Assembly: GCA_963804935.1 (NCBI GenBank)
Contig: CAWDSD010000026.1
Coordinates: 19,306-83,305 of the forward strand
Source: an uncultured Actinomycetes bacterium
GTDB taxonomy: Bacteria; Actinomycetota; Thermoleophilia; Gaiellales; Gaiellaceae
Direction: 5' to 3'
Length of the DNA: 64,000 bases
Shown here: in pieces, positions 34,531 through 44,501 of the stretch
How positions within the stretch are numbered: the first letter of the stretch is position 1
How the letters are laid out: each line of letters opens with the position of its first letter
Made by a program: the position numbers and the translations under genes
Notes under the pieces: model-generated
Told to the model about the DNA's origin: nothing
Database searches by the model: none
What the model saw: only the letters and a program-made list of their open reading frames with translations

Positions 34531-35828
34531 CAGTCGATTGTTTCGAGGACGATCGACCTCGGCGGTGGCGGTTCGCGGCCGAGCTCGTACGCAGCGAGCA
34601 CCTCGGCCTCGGCACGCTTCACCGATGCGTCGTCGCGTGCGTGCACCTCGGCGAGCACGTCGCCGGCAACGACCGCGTCGCCTCGCTTCTTCAGGCAGCG
34701 GATGCCGACGGCGTGGTCGATGGTGTCGTCCTTCGTCTGCCGTCCCGCGCCGAGGCGAAGAGCGGCCATACCGATGTCGACGGCCCCGATCGAGCGGACG
34801 AAGCCGTCCGCACTCGCGCGAACCTCGGTGACGACGGGCGCGCTCGGAAGCGCGGCTTCCGCAGGGTCTCCGCCCTGCGCGGCGATCCAGCGCTCGTACG
34901 TCGCGAGTGCCGTACCGTCCTCGACCGCTGCCACGGCGCGCGCTCGGCCTTCCTCCCCGTCGATGCCGAGGTCGGAGAGCGCCAGCAGATGAGCGCTCGC
35001 ATCGAGCACCAGCTCCGTGAAGTCGGCGGGGCCCTCGCCGCGCAAGGTCGCGATCGTCTCGCGGACCTCGAGCGCGTTGCCGACCGCCTGGCCGAGCGGC
35101 TGGTCCATGTCGGTGAGCACGCAGACGACTTCGCGGCCCGCATGCTTCCCCAGCTCGAGCATCATCTGCGCGAGCTCGCGCGCGTCATCGATGGTCTTCA
35201 TGAACGCCCCGTCGCCGACCTTGACGTCGAGCACGATCGCGTCGGCGCCGGCCGCGATCTTCTTCGACATGATGCTCGCGGCGATCAGCGACACGTTGTC
35301 GACGGTCGCGGTCACGTCGCGCAGCCCGTAGAGCAGCTTGTCAGCCGGAACGAGGTCCGCGGTCTGCCCGATGATCGCAAGCCCGACCTCCCGCACCTGC
35401 TCGAGGAACTCTTCCTTCGAGAGCTCGACCCGGAAACCGGGGATCGACTCGAGTTTGTCGAGCGTGCCGCCGGTGTGGCCGAGACCGCGGCCGCTCATCT
35501 TCCCGAATGGAACGCCGCACGCAGCGACGATCGGGCCGACCGCGAGCGACGTCTTGTCCCCCACGCCGCCCGTCGAATGCTTGTCGACGACCTTGCGTCC
35601 AAGCGCCGAGCCGAGATCGATCGTCTCGCCGCTGCGGATCATCGCGTCGGTCAGCGCGAACGTCTCCTCGCCGTTCAGGCCTTTGAAGAAAACCGCCATG
35701 CAGAAGGCGGCCATCTGGTAATCGGGCACGTCGCCCCTGGCATACGCGAGCACGAGCTCGGACAGCTCGTTCCGGTCGAGCTCCTCGCCGTCGCGCTTGC
35801 GCCGGATCAGCTCCGCAGCATGGACCAC
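34530..35828 (-). CDS. deoA: thymidine / pyrimidine-nucleoside phosphorylase
   Basis: VVDKHSTGGVGDKTSL and KMSGRGLGHTGGTLDKLESIPGF. GTG 35828. The upstream part of ORF 34530..35957 is rejected. Confidence 0.9.
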   Translation of the reverse strand: MVHAAELIRRKRDGEELDRNELSELVLAYARGDVPDYQMAAFCMAVFFKGLNGEETFALTDAMIRSGETIDLGSALGRKVVDKHSTGGVGDKTSLAVGPIVAACGVPFGKMSGRGLGHTGGTLDKLESIPGFRVELSKEEFLEQVREVGLAIIGQTADLVPADKLLYGLRDVTATVDNVSLIAASIMSKKIAAGADAIVLDVKVGDGAFMKTIDDARELAQMMLELGKHAGREVVCVLTDMDQPLGQAVGNALEVRETIATLRGEGPADFTELVLDASAHLLALSDLGIDGEEGRARAVAAVEDGTALATYERWIAAQGGDPAEAALPSAPVVTEVRASADGFVRSIGAVDIGMAALRLGAGRQTKDDTIDHAVGIRCLKKRGDAVVAGDVLAEVHARDDASVKRAEAEVLAAYELGREPPPPRSIVLETID

Positions 35829-35838
35829 GCGCGGGCGG

Positions 35839-37005
35839 TCAGCGCTCGACGATCGGCTGGCCGGGAATGCCGCGTGAGGGCGACTTGCCGCCGAGCCAGC
35901 GATTGACCGTCGCGCCGACGTCCGCGAACTCGCCCTCGTGAATCCGGCCGGCCGCATTCTTGCCTTCGACGTAGGCGAGCAGCATCGCGTGCTCGCGCGA
36001 ATGGTCGGTCGACGGCGTGGTCGGATCGCACCCGTGGTCGGAAGTCACGATCAACAGGTCTTGCGGGCGCAACGCATCGAGCAGATCGGGTAGTCGGCGG
36101 TCGAAGTCCTGCAGGCACCGGTGGAAGTTCTCGGGGTCGTTGCGATGCCCCCAGAGCATGTCCGTCTCGACGAGGTTCGTGAAGATCAGTCCGTCGTCCA
36201 CCTCACGCAGCAGCTTCTCGGTCTGCGTGATCCCGTCGACGTTCGACTTGGTCGGATGCGACTCGTCGATGTCCTGGCCCGCGAAGATGTCGCCGATCTT
36301 CCCGACGCCGTGGACCTTCATGCCGTTTTCACGCAGGAGTGTCAGGTAGTTCGGACGTCTTGGCTCGAGCGAGAAGTCGTGACGGTTCGGCGTGCGCTCG
36401 TAGTTGCCCGGCTCGCCGATGAACGGCCGCGCGATCACGCGCCCGACCGCGTGCTTCCCGGTGAGGATCTCGCGAGCCGAGCGAGAGGCCTCATACAGCT
36501 CCTCGAGCGGAATCGTCTCCTCGTGCGCGGCGATCTGGAAGACGGAGTCGGCCGACGTGTAGACGATCCACTTGCCCGTCCGCTGGTGCTCCTCGCCCAG
36601 CTCCTGGATGATCTCGGTGCCGGACGCAGCCTTGTTGCCGAGCACGCCGCGGCCGGTCTTGTGCATGAAAGGGTCGATCACGTCGTGCGGAAAGCCGTGC
36701 GGATAGGTGGGCATCGGCTGCGGGGTCACCACCCCCATCAGCTCCCAGTGGCCGGTCGTCGTGTCCTTCCCCTTCGAGCGCTCGATCAGCCTGCCAGCGA
36801 CCGCCGGGGCACCGGCCTGCGGCGGACAGCCCTCGAGCGGCTCGACGTTGCCGAGCCCGAGCGCCTCGAGGTTCGGGAGGTCGAGGCCCCGAACGGCGCG
36901 AGCGACGTTTCCGAGCGTGTCCGAGCCCTCGTCGCCATACTCGGCGGCGTCGGGAAGCGCGCCCGCTCCCACGGCATCGAGCACGATTATGCAAGCCCTC
37001 GGCAT
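35839..37005 (-). CDS. deoB: phosphopentomutase
   Basis: IIVLDAVGAGALPDAAEYGDEGSDTLGN N-terminus and TSDHGCDPT motif. Confidence 0.95.
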   Translation of the reverse strand: MPRACIIVLDAVGAGALPDAAEYGDEGSDTLGNVARAVRGLDLPNLEALGLGNVEPLEGCPPQAGAPAVAGRLIERSKGKDTTTGHWELMGVVTPQPMPTYPHGFPHDVIDPFMHKTGRGVLGNKAASGTEIIQELGEEHQRTGKWIVYTSADSVFQIAAHEETIPLEELYEASRSAREILTGKHAVGRVIARPFIGEPGNYERTPNRHDFSLEPRRPNYLTLLRENGMKVHGVGKIGDIFAGQDIDESHPTKSNVDGITQTEKLLREVDDGLIFTNLVETDMLWGHRNDPENFHRCLQDFDRRLPDLLDALRPQDLLIVTSDHGCDPTTPSTDHSREHAMLLAYVEGKNAAGRIHEGEFADVGATVNRWLGGKSPSRGIPGQPIVER

Positions 37006-37025
37006 ATGGCTATTCTAGGTCGGCC

Positions 37026-37142
37026 ATGTGGGACGTCCTCGGATTGCTGGGAATGTTCGTCTTCTGCGCCTTCGTGATCTCGCTTGCGGCAGCGGTCACG
37101 TGGGTCGTGGTCCGATTCTCACCCGCGAAGAAGCCGAGCTAA
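37026..37142 (+). CDS. candidate 38-aa hydrophobic micro-protein (below the ORF-track cut-off)
   Basis: ATG 37026 to TAA 37140-37142: MWDVLGLLGMFVFCAFVISLAAAVTWVVVRFSPAKKPS. GC3 is about 84%. It fills the deoB-ald gap. No clear SD. Confidence 0.35.
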   Translation: MWDVLGLLGMFVFCAFVISLAAAVTWVVVRFSPAKKPS

Positions 37143-37146
37143 GCAA

Positions 37147-38271
37147 CTAGACCGCAGAGAGCGGGAGCACGTCCTCGAGTGGCTGGTACTCGAGCCCGTG
37201 TGCGTCTGCGACTGCTTCGTAGGTCACCTTCCCGTCGACGACGTTCACGCCGCGGGACAAGGCGGGGTCACGGGCGACCGCTTCCGCGATGCCGTGATCG
37301 GCGATCGCCTCCACGTACGGGAGGGTGGCATTCGTCAACGCCTTCGTCGACGTGATCGGGACGGCGCCCGGCATGTTCGCGACGCAGTAGTGCGTCACTC
37401 CCGCCACGGTGTACACGGGCTCGCTGTGCGTCGTCGGGTGTGAGGTCTCCGCGCAGCCGCCCTGGTCGATCGCGACGTCTGCGAGCACCGCGCCCTCCTT
37501 CATTCCCTCCACCATCTCCCGCGTGATCAGCTTCGGGGCGACCGCGCCCGGGATCAGGACGGCTCCGATGACGACGTCGGCTTCGCGAAGCGACTCCTCG
37601 ATCTGGAGGGTCGACGACATCACGAGGCTGACACGTCCCGACAGCACCTCCTCGAGATGTCGCATCCGGTCGAGCGAGCGCTCGAGGATGGTGACGTTGG
37701 CGCCGAGCCCGATCGCGATCACCGCGGCGTTGTAACCGACCATGCCGCCGCCGATCACGACGACGCGGCCGGGTGCGACGCCGGGAACGCCGCCGAGCAG
37801 CAGGCCCCTGCCGCCGAGCGGCTTCTCGAGAAAGTACGCACCGGCTTGCGCCGCCAGCCGGCCGGCGATCTCGCTCATCGGCGCGAGCAGCGGGAGCCCA
37901 CCCGAGTCGGTCTCGACCGTTTCGTATGCGACTGCGGTGATGCCGCTGTCGATCAGCGCGCGCGTGAGCGGCTCGTCGGCCGCAATGTGCAGGTAGGTGA
38001 AGAGAACGAGCCCTTCGCGCAGGCGGCCGTACTCCGGCTCGATCGGCTCCTTGACCTTGAGCAGCAGGTCCGCGTCAGCCCACACGTCCTCGACCGAGGC
38101 GATCCGCGCTCCGGCCGCCTCGTAGGCCGCGTCGGTGAAGGAGCTGCCTCCCCCCGCCCCGGTCTCGACGATGACGTCGTGCCCGCGCTGGCCCAGCTCA
38201 CGCGCGCCGGCAGGCGTCAGCGCGACGCGGTACTCGTCGGACTTGATCTCCTTTGCGACGCCGATCTTCAA
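37147..38271 (-). CDS. ald: alanine dehydrogenase
   Basis: KIGVAKEIKSDEYRVALTP N-terminus and VVVIGGGMVGYNAA NAD fold. TTG start. Confidence 0.95.
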   Translation of the reverse strand: MKIGVAKEIKSDEYRVALTPAGARELGQRGHDVIVETGAGGGSSFTDAAYEAAGARIASVEDVWADADLLLKVKEPIEPEYGRLREGLVLFTYLHIAADEPLTRALIDSGITAVAYETVETDSGGLPLLAPMSEIAGRLAAQAGAYFLEKPLGGRGLLLGGVPGVAPGRVVVIGGGMVGYNAAVIAIGLGANVTILERSLDRMRHLEEVLSGRVSLVMSSTLQIEESLREADVVIGAVLIPGAVAPKLITREMVEGMKEGAVLADVAIDQGGCAETSHPTTHSEPVYTVAGVTHYCVANMPGAVPITSTKALTNATLPYVEAIADHGIAEAVARDPALSRGVNVVDGKVTYEAVADAHGLEYQPLEDVLPLSAV

Positions 38272-38277
38272 GGGGCG

Positions 38278-38778
38278 TCACCCTACCTTGTGGAGGTAGA
38301 GCAGAAGCCCAGCGATCGTCTTTGCGTCTTCGATGGCCGCGACGTTCGTCGCGATGTCGCTCGTCGGCCAGCGCACGACTTCGAGCTCCTCGTCGCTCTC
38401 CGGGCTTGCCTCGCCGCGTTCGAGCTCCTCCGCGAAGAAGAGATGCATGCGCTCGCGGCAGAAGCCGGGCGTCGTGTAGAAGGTCGCGGCCGCGCGCCAG
38501 CTGCCACCGGTCAGGCCCGTCTCTTCTGCGAGCTCCCGTCGTGCACAGTCGAGCGGCGCCTCCCCCGCTTCCAGCGTGCCCGCAGGAAGCTCGAGCAACT
38601 CCTCCCGCACCGCTTCGCGCCGCTGACGCACGAGCGTCAGCATCCCCTCGCTGTCGACGGCGACGATCGCGACGGCGCCTGGATGATCGACGATCTCACG
38701 TTCGTGATCGCCCCAGCGCTCGACGACGACATCGATCAACTTCCCGTCGTAGACGGTCTTCGAGTCGTCTGGCTTCAT
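38278..38778 (-). CDS. NUDIX hydrolase (ADP-ribose pyrophosphatase-like)
   Basis: Nudix box GTLEAGEAPLDCARRELAEETGL. ATG 38778 overlaps the upstream stop (ATGA). Confidence 0.85.
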   Translation of the reverse strand: MKPDDSKTVYDGKLIDVVVERWGDHEREIVDHPGAVAIVAVDSEGMLTLVRQRREAVREELLELPAGTLEAGEAPLDCARRELAEETGLTGGSWRAAATFYTTPGFCRERMHLFFAEELERGEASPESDEELEVVRWPTSDIATNVAAIEDAKTIAGLLLYLHKVG

Positions 38779-39539
38779 GCGGCAAGCCGTTCTACTAGCT
38801 GCCGCTGCTCGGCGTCGAACCACGGGGGCGAGCCTGCGGCCGCGTTGGCACGAGCGTGATCCGGATTGCGAGTCGCAGGAATCACCAGGTCGACTCGCTC
38901 GTCCGAAAGCGCCCATTTGAGGAGCGCCTGAGCCCAGGAGCTGACGCCCAGCTGCGCGAGGGCCTCTTGCGGCACCGAGTGTCGAACGAGCTCCCCCTCT
39001 CCGAGCGGACGCATGACGATCACCGCGATTCCGAGCTCCGCTGCGAGCGGCAGGATCTCTCGCTCACAATCGCGCTCGTGGGGGTTGAGCGGCACCTGCA
39101 CCGTGTCGAACGTTCTGGAACGCAGCGCTCGTCCGAGCTCTCCGAACGCAGAGGGCGAATAGTGCGTCACACCCAGCCGGTCGATCCGCCCGGCCTCGCG
39201 CTCCTGCTCGAGCCAGCCGGCGTGTTCCTGCCACGACACGAGGTTGTGAACCTGCTCGATTTCGACGCGGCCGAACCATTCGACCTGTCGCCGGTACTGC
39301 TCACGTCCCTCGTCCACGCTGGGGGTCCAGATCTTCGTCGCGATCGCGGCCCGATCGCGCTTTCCCGTGAGCGCTCCCCCTAGCGAGGCCTCGGCTCCGC
39401 GGTACATCGGCGACGAGTCGAGCACGTGGGAGCCTGCGTCCAGCGCGGCGTCGACGACGGTCTGGGCCAGATGTGCGTTGCCGCCAAACGTGTTCCAGGT
39501 CCCGAGCCCGACCACCGGTCCGAGTCGGCGCTCCTCCAT
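38775..39539 (-). CDS. aldo/keto reductase
   Basis: LGLGTWNTFG, LDSSPMYRGAE, GVTHYSP and IPATRNPDH patterns. ATG 39539 (GTG 39542 alternative). Confidence 0.85.
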   Translation of the reverse strand: MEERRLGPVVGLGTWNTFGGNAHLAQTVVDAALDAGSHVLDSSPMYRGAEASLGGALTGKRDRAAIATKIWTPSVDEGREQYRRQVEWFGRVEIEQVHNLVSWQEHAGWLEQEREAGRIDRLGVTHYSPSAFGELGRALRSRTFDTVQVPLNPHERDCEREILPLAAELGIAVIVMRPLGEGELVRHSVPQEALAQLGVSSWAQALLKWALSDERVDLVIPATRNPDHARANAAAGSPPWFDAEQRQLVERLAA

Positions 39540-40522
39540 CACCGTTTGCGACTCGCAGCAGCGCGGCCTGCGGCAAAGGCCGCGGCGAAGAACAGGCGAT
39601 CGTCGCCTGGTCCGCGGCCCATGTGACTCAGCGGGAGGTCGGCGCACAGTTCCTCCCAGCCGGTCACGTCGACGTCGGTGCGCCGCTCGAGCCAGGGCGG
39701 GGCGTCGTAGCCGGCCGGCCACGGAACGACGATGTCACCCAGGCAGAGCTCGAGCACCGAGCGTGTGTGGTGGGATGCGCCTCGGTGACGGTCGCGCTCG
39801 TCGCTCTCGGATGCACGCACGGCAAGGACGGGCGAGCCCTGCAATGCTGACGCCGTGTTCGCGGCCTCGGCCGCGGCAAGGCCACCGTGGCCGAACGCCG
39901 TGCCCGTCCCGACGATGCCCGGCCCGATCCCGCACACGACGATGTCGAAATCTTCCGCTGCGGCCCAGAGGAATGCCGACGCTGCCGAGACGCACTCGAC
40001 CTCACCATCAAGGCATGCTCCGGCCGCGACCGACGTGCCGAGGTACCCGCGCTCGCGCAGGAGTCGGAGCGTGTCGGAGAGCGAAAGAGGCAGCGCTCCG
40101 CCCGCGAGTTGCACGTACGCCACGCGGGCGTCCGTGCCGATGCCTGCGCACACCGGTGCGACCTGGCTGTGGAGGGAGCAGCACACGACAGGGATCCCCG
40201 ACAGCGTCGACGGCAGCGTCCGCCCTTCCTCGCCGTGGCGAACCGCGGACTGGCCCGGCGTGTACGGCAGCTTCACGACGTGCGCGCCGGGATCCGCAGG
40301 AAGGTCGAGGCCGCGCGTGAGGTTCACGTAGAGCACGTCGAAGCCGCCGGATCCGAGCTCGAGCTCGCGCGCCTGTGTGTTCACGATGACCTCGTCGCCG
40401 AGCTCGACGGGGCCGGTGAGCCGGGGATACGCGACGCAGGGCCGGCCGTCCACCTCGACCCGCGAAAGCTCCTCGACGCTTTCGACGACCGCGGTCACCC
40501 GGCCGCGTCTAAGCGTCAGCAT
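39539..40522 (-). CDS. conserved hypothetical protein (DUF3866-like, from memory)
   Basis: 327 aa (VNTQARELELGSGGFDVLYVNL ... CGIGPGIVGTGTAFGHGG). No enzymatic motif recognised. Confidence 0.6.
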   Translation of the reverse strand: MLTLRRGRVTAVVESVEELSRVEVDGRPCVAYPRLTGPVELGDEVIVNTQARELELGSGGFDVLYVNLTRGLDLPADPGAHVVKLPYTPGQSAVRHGEEGRTLPSTLSGIPVVCCSLHSQVAPVCAGIGTDARVAYVQLAGGALPLSLSDTLRLLRERGYLGTSVAAGACLDGEVECVSAASAFLWAAAEDFDIVVCGIGPGIVGTGTAFGHGGLAAAEAANTASALQGSPVLAVRASESDERDRHRGASHHTRSVLELCLGDIVVPWPAGYDAPPWLERRTDVDVTGWEELCADLPLSHMGRGPGDDRLFFAAAFAAGRAAASRKR

Positions 40523-41627
40523 CTCGAGCGACGTCGACGAGGGCGAGCGTCACCTCGACCATGCCCTCGAGGTCCTCGACGGTGATCCTCTCGTCGGAGG
40601 TGTGGATGTCCTGCATCCCGTTCGCGAGATTGAGGCAGGCGAGGCCGCGCTCGTTGAAGACATTCGCATCGGCCGCGCCGCCGCTCAGCGCGTAGGTCGG
40701 CGCGTAACCGCTCCGTTCGAGCGCAGTGTGTGCAATTCGGACGACCGGATCTTCCGTCTTGAAGCGATAGCCCTTGTAGCTCTTGGAGATCTTCGTCTCG
40801 ACCTCGCAGTCCTCGAGCCCGGCTGCAAAAGCGAAGGCGTCGACCATCTCCTGCACGAGCTCCTCCAGCTTCTGCTCGTCGTGCGAACGCGCCTCCGCAT
40901 CGAGTGAGCACCACTCGGGGATGATGTTCCCGGCCGTTCCGCCCTGGATGATGCCGACGTTTGCCGTCGTCTCTTCGTCGACGCGGCCGAGCCTGAGATC
41001 GGAGATCGCGCGAGCCGCGGCTGCGATCGCCGAGCGTCCCTCCTCCGGATACATACCCGAGTGCGCAGCTCGACCGTGGAAGCGCACCTGCATCGCCCGC
41101 GAAAAGGGCGCGCCGAGGATGACCTCGCCGATCGGCGCCGCCTGGTCGTAGACGTAACCGAGGCGCGCGTGCAGCCGCTCGTGATCGAAGGCCGCAGCGC
41201 CGAGGAGGCCGACCTCCTCCTTGGGGGTGAACAGCAGCTCGATGCCCCCGTGGGGCCGGTTTTCGGCCAGCACCCGGCGCGCGCCCTCGAGCATCGCGGC
41301 GACCGCCGACTTGTTGTCGGCCCCGAGGATCGTCCCGGCGCCGTTCCGGATCATGCCGTCTTCCAGCACCGGCTCGATCGCCGCCGTCGGCGGCACCGTG
41401 TCGAGATGGGCGCAGAGAAAGATCGGGCTGCCGCCGCCGGTCGGCTCGAGCCTGCAGTAGAGGTTGCCGATGTTCGAGCCCACCTTGGAGCCGGCATCGT
41501 CCTCGTCCACCGCCAGGCCGAGATCGCGCAGGTAGCCGATGACCGAGTCGGCCACCGCACGCTCCTCGCCGGGAGGGCTCGGCAGCGCCGCGAGCTCGGT
41601 GAAGAGATCGACGACCTCGGAGGGCAT
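40509..41627 (-). CDS. M20/M25/M40-family metallopeptidase (tripeptidase-like)
   Basis: LCAHLDTV, GADNKSAVAAMLE, FTPKEEVG and GGAADANVF motifs. Confidence 0.85.
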   Translation of the reverse strand: MPSEVVDLFTELAALPSPPGEERAVADSVIGYLRDLGLAVDEDDAGSKVGSNIGNLYCRLEPTGGGSPIFLCAHLDTVPPTAAIEPVLEDGMIRNGAGTILGADNKSAVAAMLEGARRVLAENRPHGGIELLFTPKEEVGLLGAAAFDHERLHARLGYVYDQAAPIGEVILGAPFSRAMQVRFHGRAAHSGMYPEEGRSAIAAAARAISDLRLGRVDEETTANVGIIQGGTAGNIIPEWCSLDAEARSHDEQKLEELVQEMVDAFAFAAGLEDCEVETKISKSYKGYRFKTEDPVVRIAHTALERSGYAPTYALSGGAADANVFNERGLACLNLANGMQDIHTSDERITVEDLEGMVEVTLALVDVARDADA

Positions 41628-41646
41628 CGCGCGATCTTAGTGGTGG

Positions 41647-43296
41647 TTAAGCGGAAGCTGCGCCGACGGCAGAACGTTCGCGCGACCGCTCGAGCGCCGC
41701 GCCGACGAAGTCGCGGAAGAGCGGCGTCGGTCGCGTGGGTCGCGACTTGAACTCCGGATGGAACTGGCTCGCGACGAACCAGGGGTGATCGGACAGCTCG
41801 ACGATCTCGACGAGCCGTCCTTCCTGAAACGTCCCCGACACGACGAGCCCGGCCTCGACGAATGCGGGCCGATAGTGGTTGTTGACCTCGTAGCGATGAC
41901 GGTGACGCTCGTGCACGACCGGTTCCCGATAGGCCTCGTACGCGCGCGTGCCCTCGACGACTTCGACCGCCTGCGCACCGAGACGCATCGTGCCGCCCAG
42001 GTCCTCGATCTCCTTCTGCTCGGGAAGCAGATCGATCACGGGATGAGGGGTCTCGGGATCCATCTCGGTCGAGTTGGCCCCTTCGAGTCCGAGCACGTGC
42101 CGCGAGAACTCGGAGACGGCGACGTGCATGCCGAGGCAGATGCCGAGGTACGGGATCTCGCGCTCGCGCGCGACGCGGCAGGCGAGGATCTTTCCCTCCC
42201 AGCCGCGGGAGCCGAAGCCGCCTGGGACGAGCACGCCGTCGACCTGCTCGAGGAGCTGCGTCGCTTCCTCGACCGACATCCCCTCGGCGTCGACCCAGCG
42301 CACCTGCACGGTTGCGCCGTGGTGTGCGCCTGCGTGCTTGAGCGCCTCGTGCACCGAGAGGTAGGCGTCCTGCAGCTGCACGTACTTCCCGACGAGCGCG
42401 ATCTCGACGACCTCGTCGCTCCGCTGGATCCGCTCGTTCAGATCGAGCCAGTCACCGAGGTCCGCTTCCGTCGGCGGCAGGCCGAGCTTCTCGCCGACGA
42501 GCCGGTCGAGACCTTCGGCTTTCAGCCGTGAGGGAACGAGATAGACGTCGGGAACGTCCGGGCTCGCAATCACGGCTTCGGGCTCGACGTCGGCGAAGAG
42601 CGCGATCTTGTCGCGAATGTCGGCGGAGAGCTCCTCGTGTGAGCGGCAGACGACGATGTCGGGGTGAATACCGATTCGCCGCAGCTCGTTCACGGAATGC
42701 TGTGTGGGCTTCGTCTTCAGCTCACCGGCCGCCTCGAGGAACGGGACGAGCGTGACGTGGAGATAGAGCACGTTCTCGGCTCCGACCTCACGCCGGAATT
42801 GGCGGATCGCCTCCAGGAACGGCAGGGACTCGATGTCGCCCACCGTGCCGCCGATCTCGCTGATCACGACGTCGGTCGGCGTCGACACCGCACTTGCACG
42901 GATGCGCGACTTGATCTCGTTCGTGATGTGCGGAATCACCTGCACCGTCGCACCGAGGAACTCGCCCTTGCGCTCCTTGCGCAGCACCGCGTCCCAGATC
43001 GCTCCGGCGGTGTGGCTCGCCGCGCGCGTCAGGTTCTCGTCGATGAAGCGCTCGTAGTGGCCGATGTCGAGGTCGGTCTCGGCTCCGTCCTCCGTCACGA
43101 ACACCTCGCCGTGCTGGAACGGGCTCATCGTGCCCGGGTCGACGTTCAGGTACGGGTCGAACTTCTGCGCCTGCACTCGCAGGCCGCGCGCTTTCAGCAA
43201 CCGGCCGAGTGACGCCGCGACGATGCCCTTGCCGAGCGCCGACACCACCCCGCCCGTCACGAAGACGTACTTCGTCGGGCGACTCGAAGAGCTCAC
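41647..43296 (-). CDS. pyrG: CTP synthase
   Basis: [24 protein letters not shown] (GATase Cys) and [11 protein letters not shown] 43296 overlaps the upstream stop (GTGA). Confidence 0.95.
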   Translation of the reverse strand: MSSSSRPTKYVFVTGGVVSALGKGIVAASLGRLLKARGLRVQAQKFDPYLNVDPGTMSPFQHGEVFVTEDGAETDLDIGHYERFIDENLTRAASHTAGAIWDAVLRKERKGEFLGATVQVIPHITNEIKSRIRASAVSTPTDVVISEIGGTVGDIESLPFLEAIRQFRREVGAENVLYLHVTLVPFLEAAGELKTKPTQHSVNELRRIGIHPDIVVCRSHEELSADIRDKIALFADVEPEAVIASPDVPDVYLVPSRLKAEGLDRLVGEKLGLPPTEADLGDWLDLNERIQRSDEVVEIALVGKYVQLQDAYLSVHEALKHAGAHHGATVQVRWVDAEGMSVEEATQLLEQVDGVLVPGGFGSRGWEGKILACRVAREREIPYLGICLGMHVAVSEFSRHVLGLEGANSTEMDPETPHPVIDLLPEQKEIEDLGGTMRLGAQAVEVVEGTRAYEAYREPVVHERHRHRYEVNNHYRPAFVEAGLVVSGTFQEGRLVEIVELSDHPWFVASQFHPEFKSRPTRPTPLFRDFVGAALERSRERSAVGAASA

Positions 43297-44501
43297 GATC
43301 GTCCCAGCCGGTCGACCCACGCGAGACCGGGCGTGCGTTCGATCCACGCGCCGATAGACGTCCGCTCTCCGATGATGGTGAGGCCCGCGAGGGCGCCGAT
43401 CGCTACCCACTGGCCTCGTCCCGTGAATCGCTTCACGGAATTCAAGCCTAGCAGGGCACCGAGCGCGTTCGACCCCGCGTCCCCGAGCATCGCCATCTCA
43501 CGAAGATCGTAGGGAAGCAGGAGGACGGCGACTCCAACCGGCGCGTCGAGCGGGACAGCCGCCGCGAGGTACCCCTTGAGTGCGCGCCCGGGCCGGGTGT
43601 CGAGCTGATTCAGAGCGTTCGCCGCGAGCCCGACGAGCAGGGCACCGGAGAGCTTCCGGGTGGCGACCAGGCCCACGGCTGGGATACCGACCAGCTTGAG
43701 GATGCCCGTCGTCCGGCCGGAAACGAGATGTGCGCGGAAGCCGCGCTCAGGCCCGCTCCAGAGATCGTCGGCGGCCCCGAGGGCGGCGACCGCTGCGACG
43801 GCAGGACCACTGACGACGCCTATCTTCCAGCCCACGAGCGGCAGGCGCAGCCCGCGAAAGTTCACGCCGAGCGGGCCGCAGGCGTAGAGCGTGTCGCGGA
43901 GCTGTTTCCCTCGGTGGATAAAGCCGCGCAGGTTCCGCCCGGTCGGGCGATGCCGCAGCGGCAGCTCGACTTCACGCACCGACAGGTGCGAGCGTGCGGC
44001 GTCGATCGTCATGCGGACTTCGCAGCCGAACCCGGCGGCGACTGGGAAGCAGGCGCGGCGAGCAGCGGGAGACAAGGCCCGCTGGCCGGACAGAGGCTCT
44101 CGCGCCTCGAAACCCGTCAGGACTTCGATCAGGGCTCGGGCGACTCGTTTCGCGAGCCCGAAGCCTCCCCCCTCACTCTTGACGAACGCCGCGACGTTGA
44201 GATCGCCGCCGCCGTCGAGGAGCGGCGCGAGCTCTCCCGAGAGATCTGCATCGCAGAGGAGCAGCGCGCCGGGCGGGGCAGCGCGCTCGGCTGCGGACAG
44301 CGCCTGGCCCTTTCCCCGACGTGGGAGCCGCAAGACGATCGCACCTGCAGCCTCGGCTGCGTCTGCCGTGCCGTCGCGCGAGCCGTCGTCGGCCACGATC
44401 ACCTCGGCGTCGGGAAACGTCCGCCGCAGCGTCGCGACGGTCGTCCCGATGACGTGTTCCTCGTCGCGCGCAGGGACGAGGATCGTCAGCGGCTCATCCA
44501 C
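43293..44501 (-). CDS. fusion: GT2 glycosyltransferase plus truncated MraY/WecA-like (GT4 polyprenyl-phosphate transferase-type) membrane domain
   Basis: N-half: [26 protein letters not shown]-half (about 175 aa, about 5 TM): [19 protein letters not shown] and [11 protein letters not shown]. Confidence 0.7.
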   Translation of the reverse strand: MDEPLTILVPARDEEHVIGTTVATLRRTFPDAEVIVADDGSRDGTADAAEAAGAIVLRLPRRGKGQALSAAERAAPPGALLLCDADLSGELAPLLDGGGDLNVAAFVKSEGGGFGLAKRVARALIEVLTGFEAREPLSGQRALSPAARRACFPVAAGFGCEVRMTIDAARSHLSVREVELPLRHRPTGRNLRGFIHRGKQLRDTLYACGPLGVNFRGLRLPLVGWKIGVVSGPAVAAVAALGAADDLWSGPERGFRAHLVSGRTTGILKLVGIPAVGLVATRKLSGALLVGLAANALNQLDTRPGRALKGYLAAAVPLDAPVGVAVLLLPYDLREMAMLGDAGSNALGALLGLNSVKRFTGRGQWVAIGALAGLTIIGERTSIGAWIERTPGLAWVDRLGRS

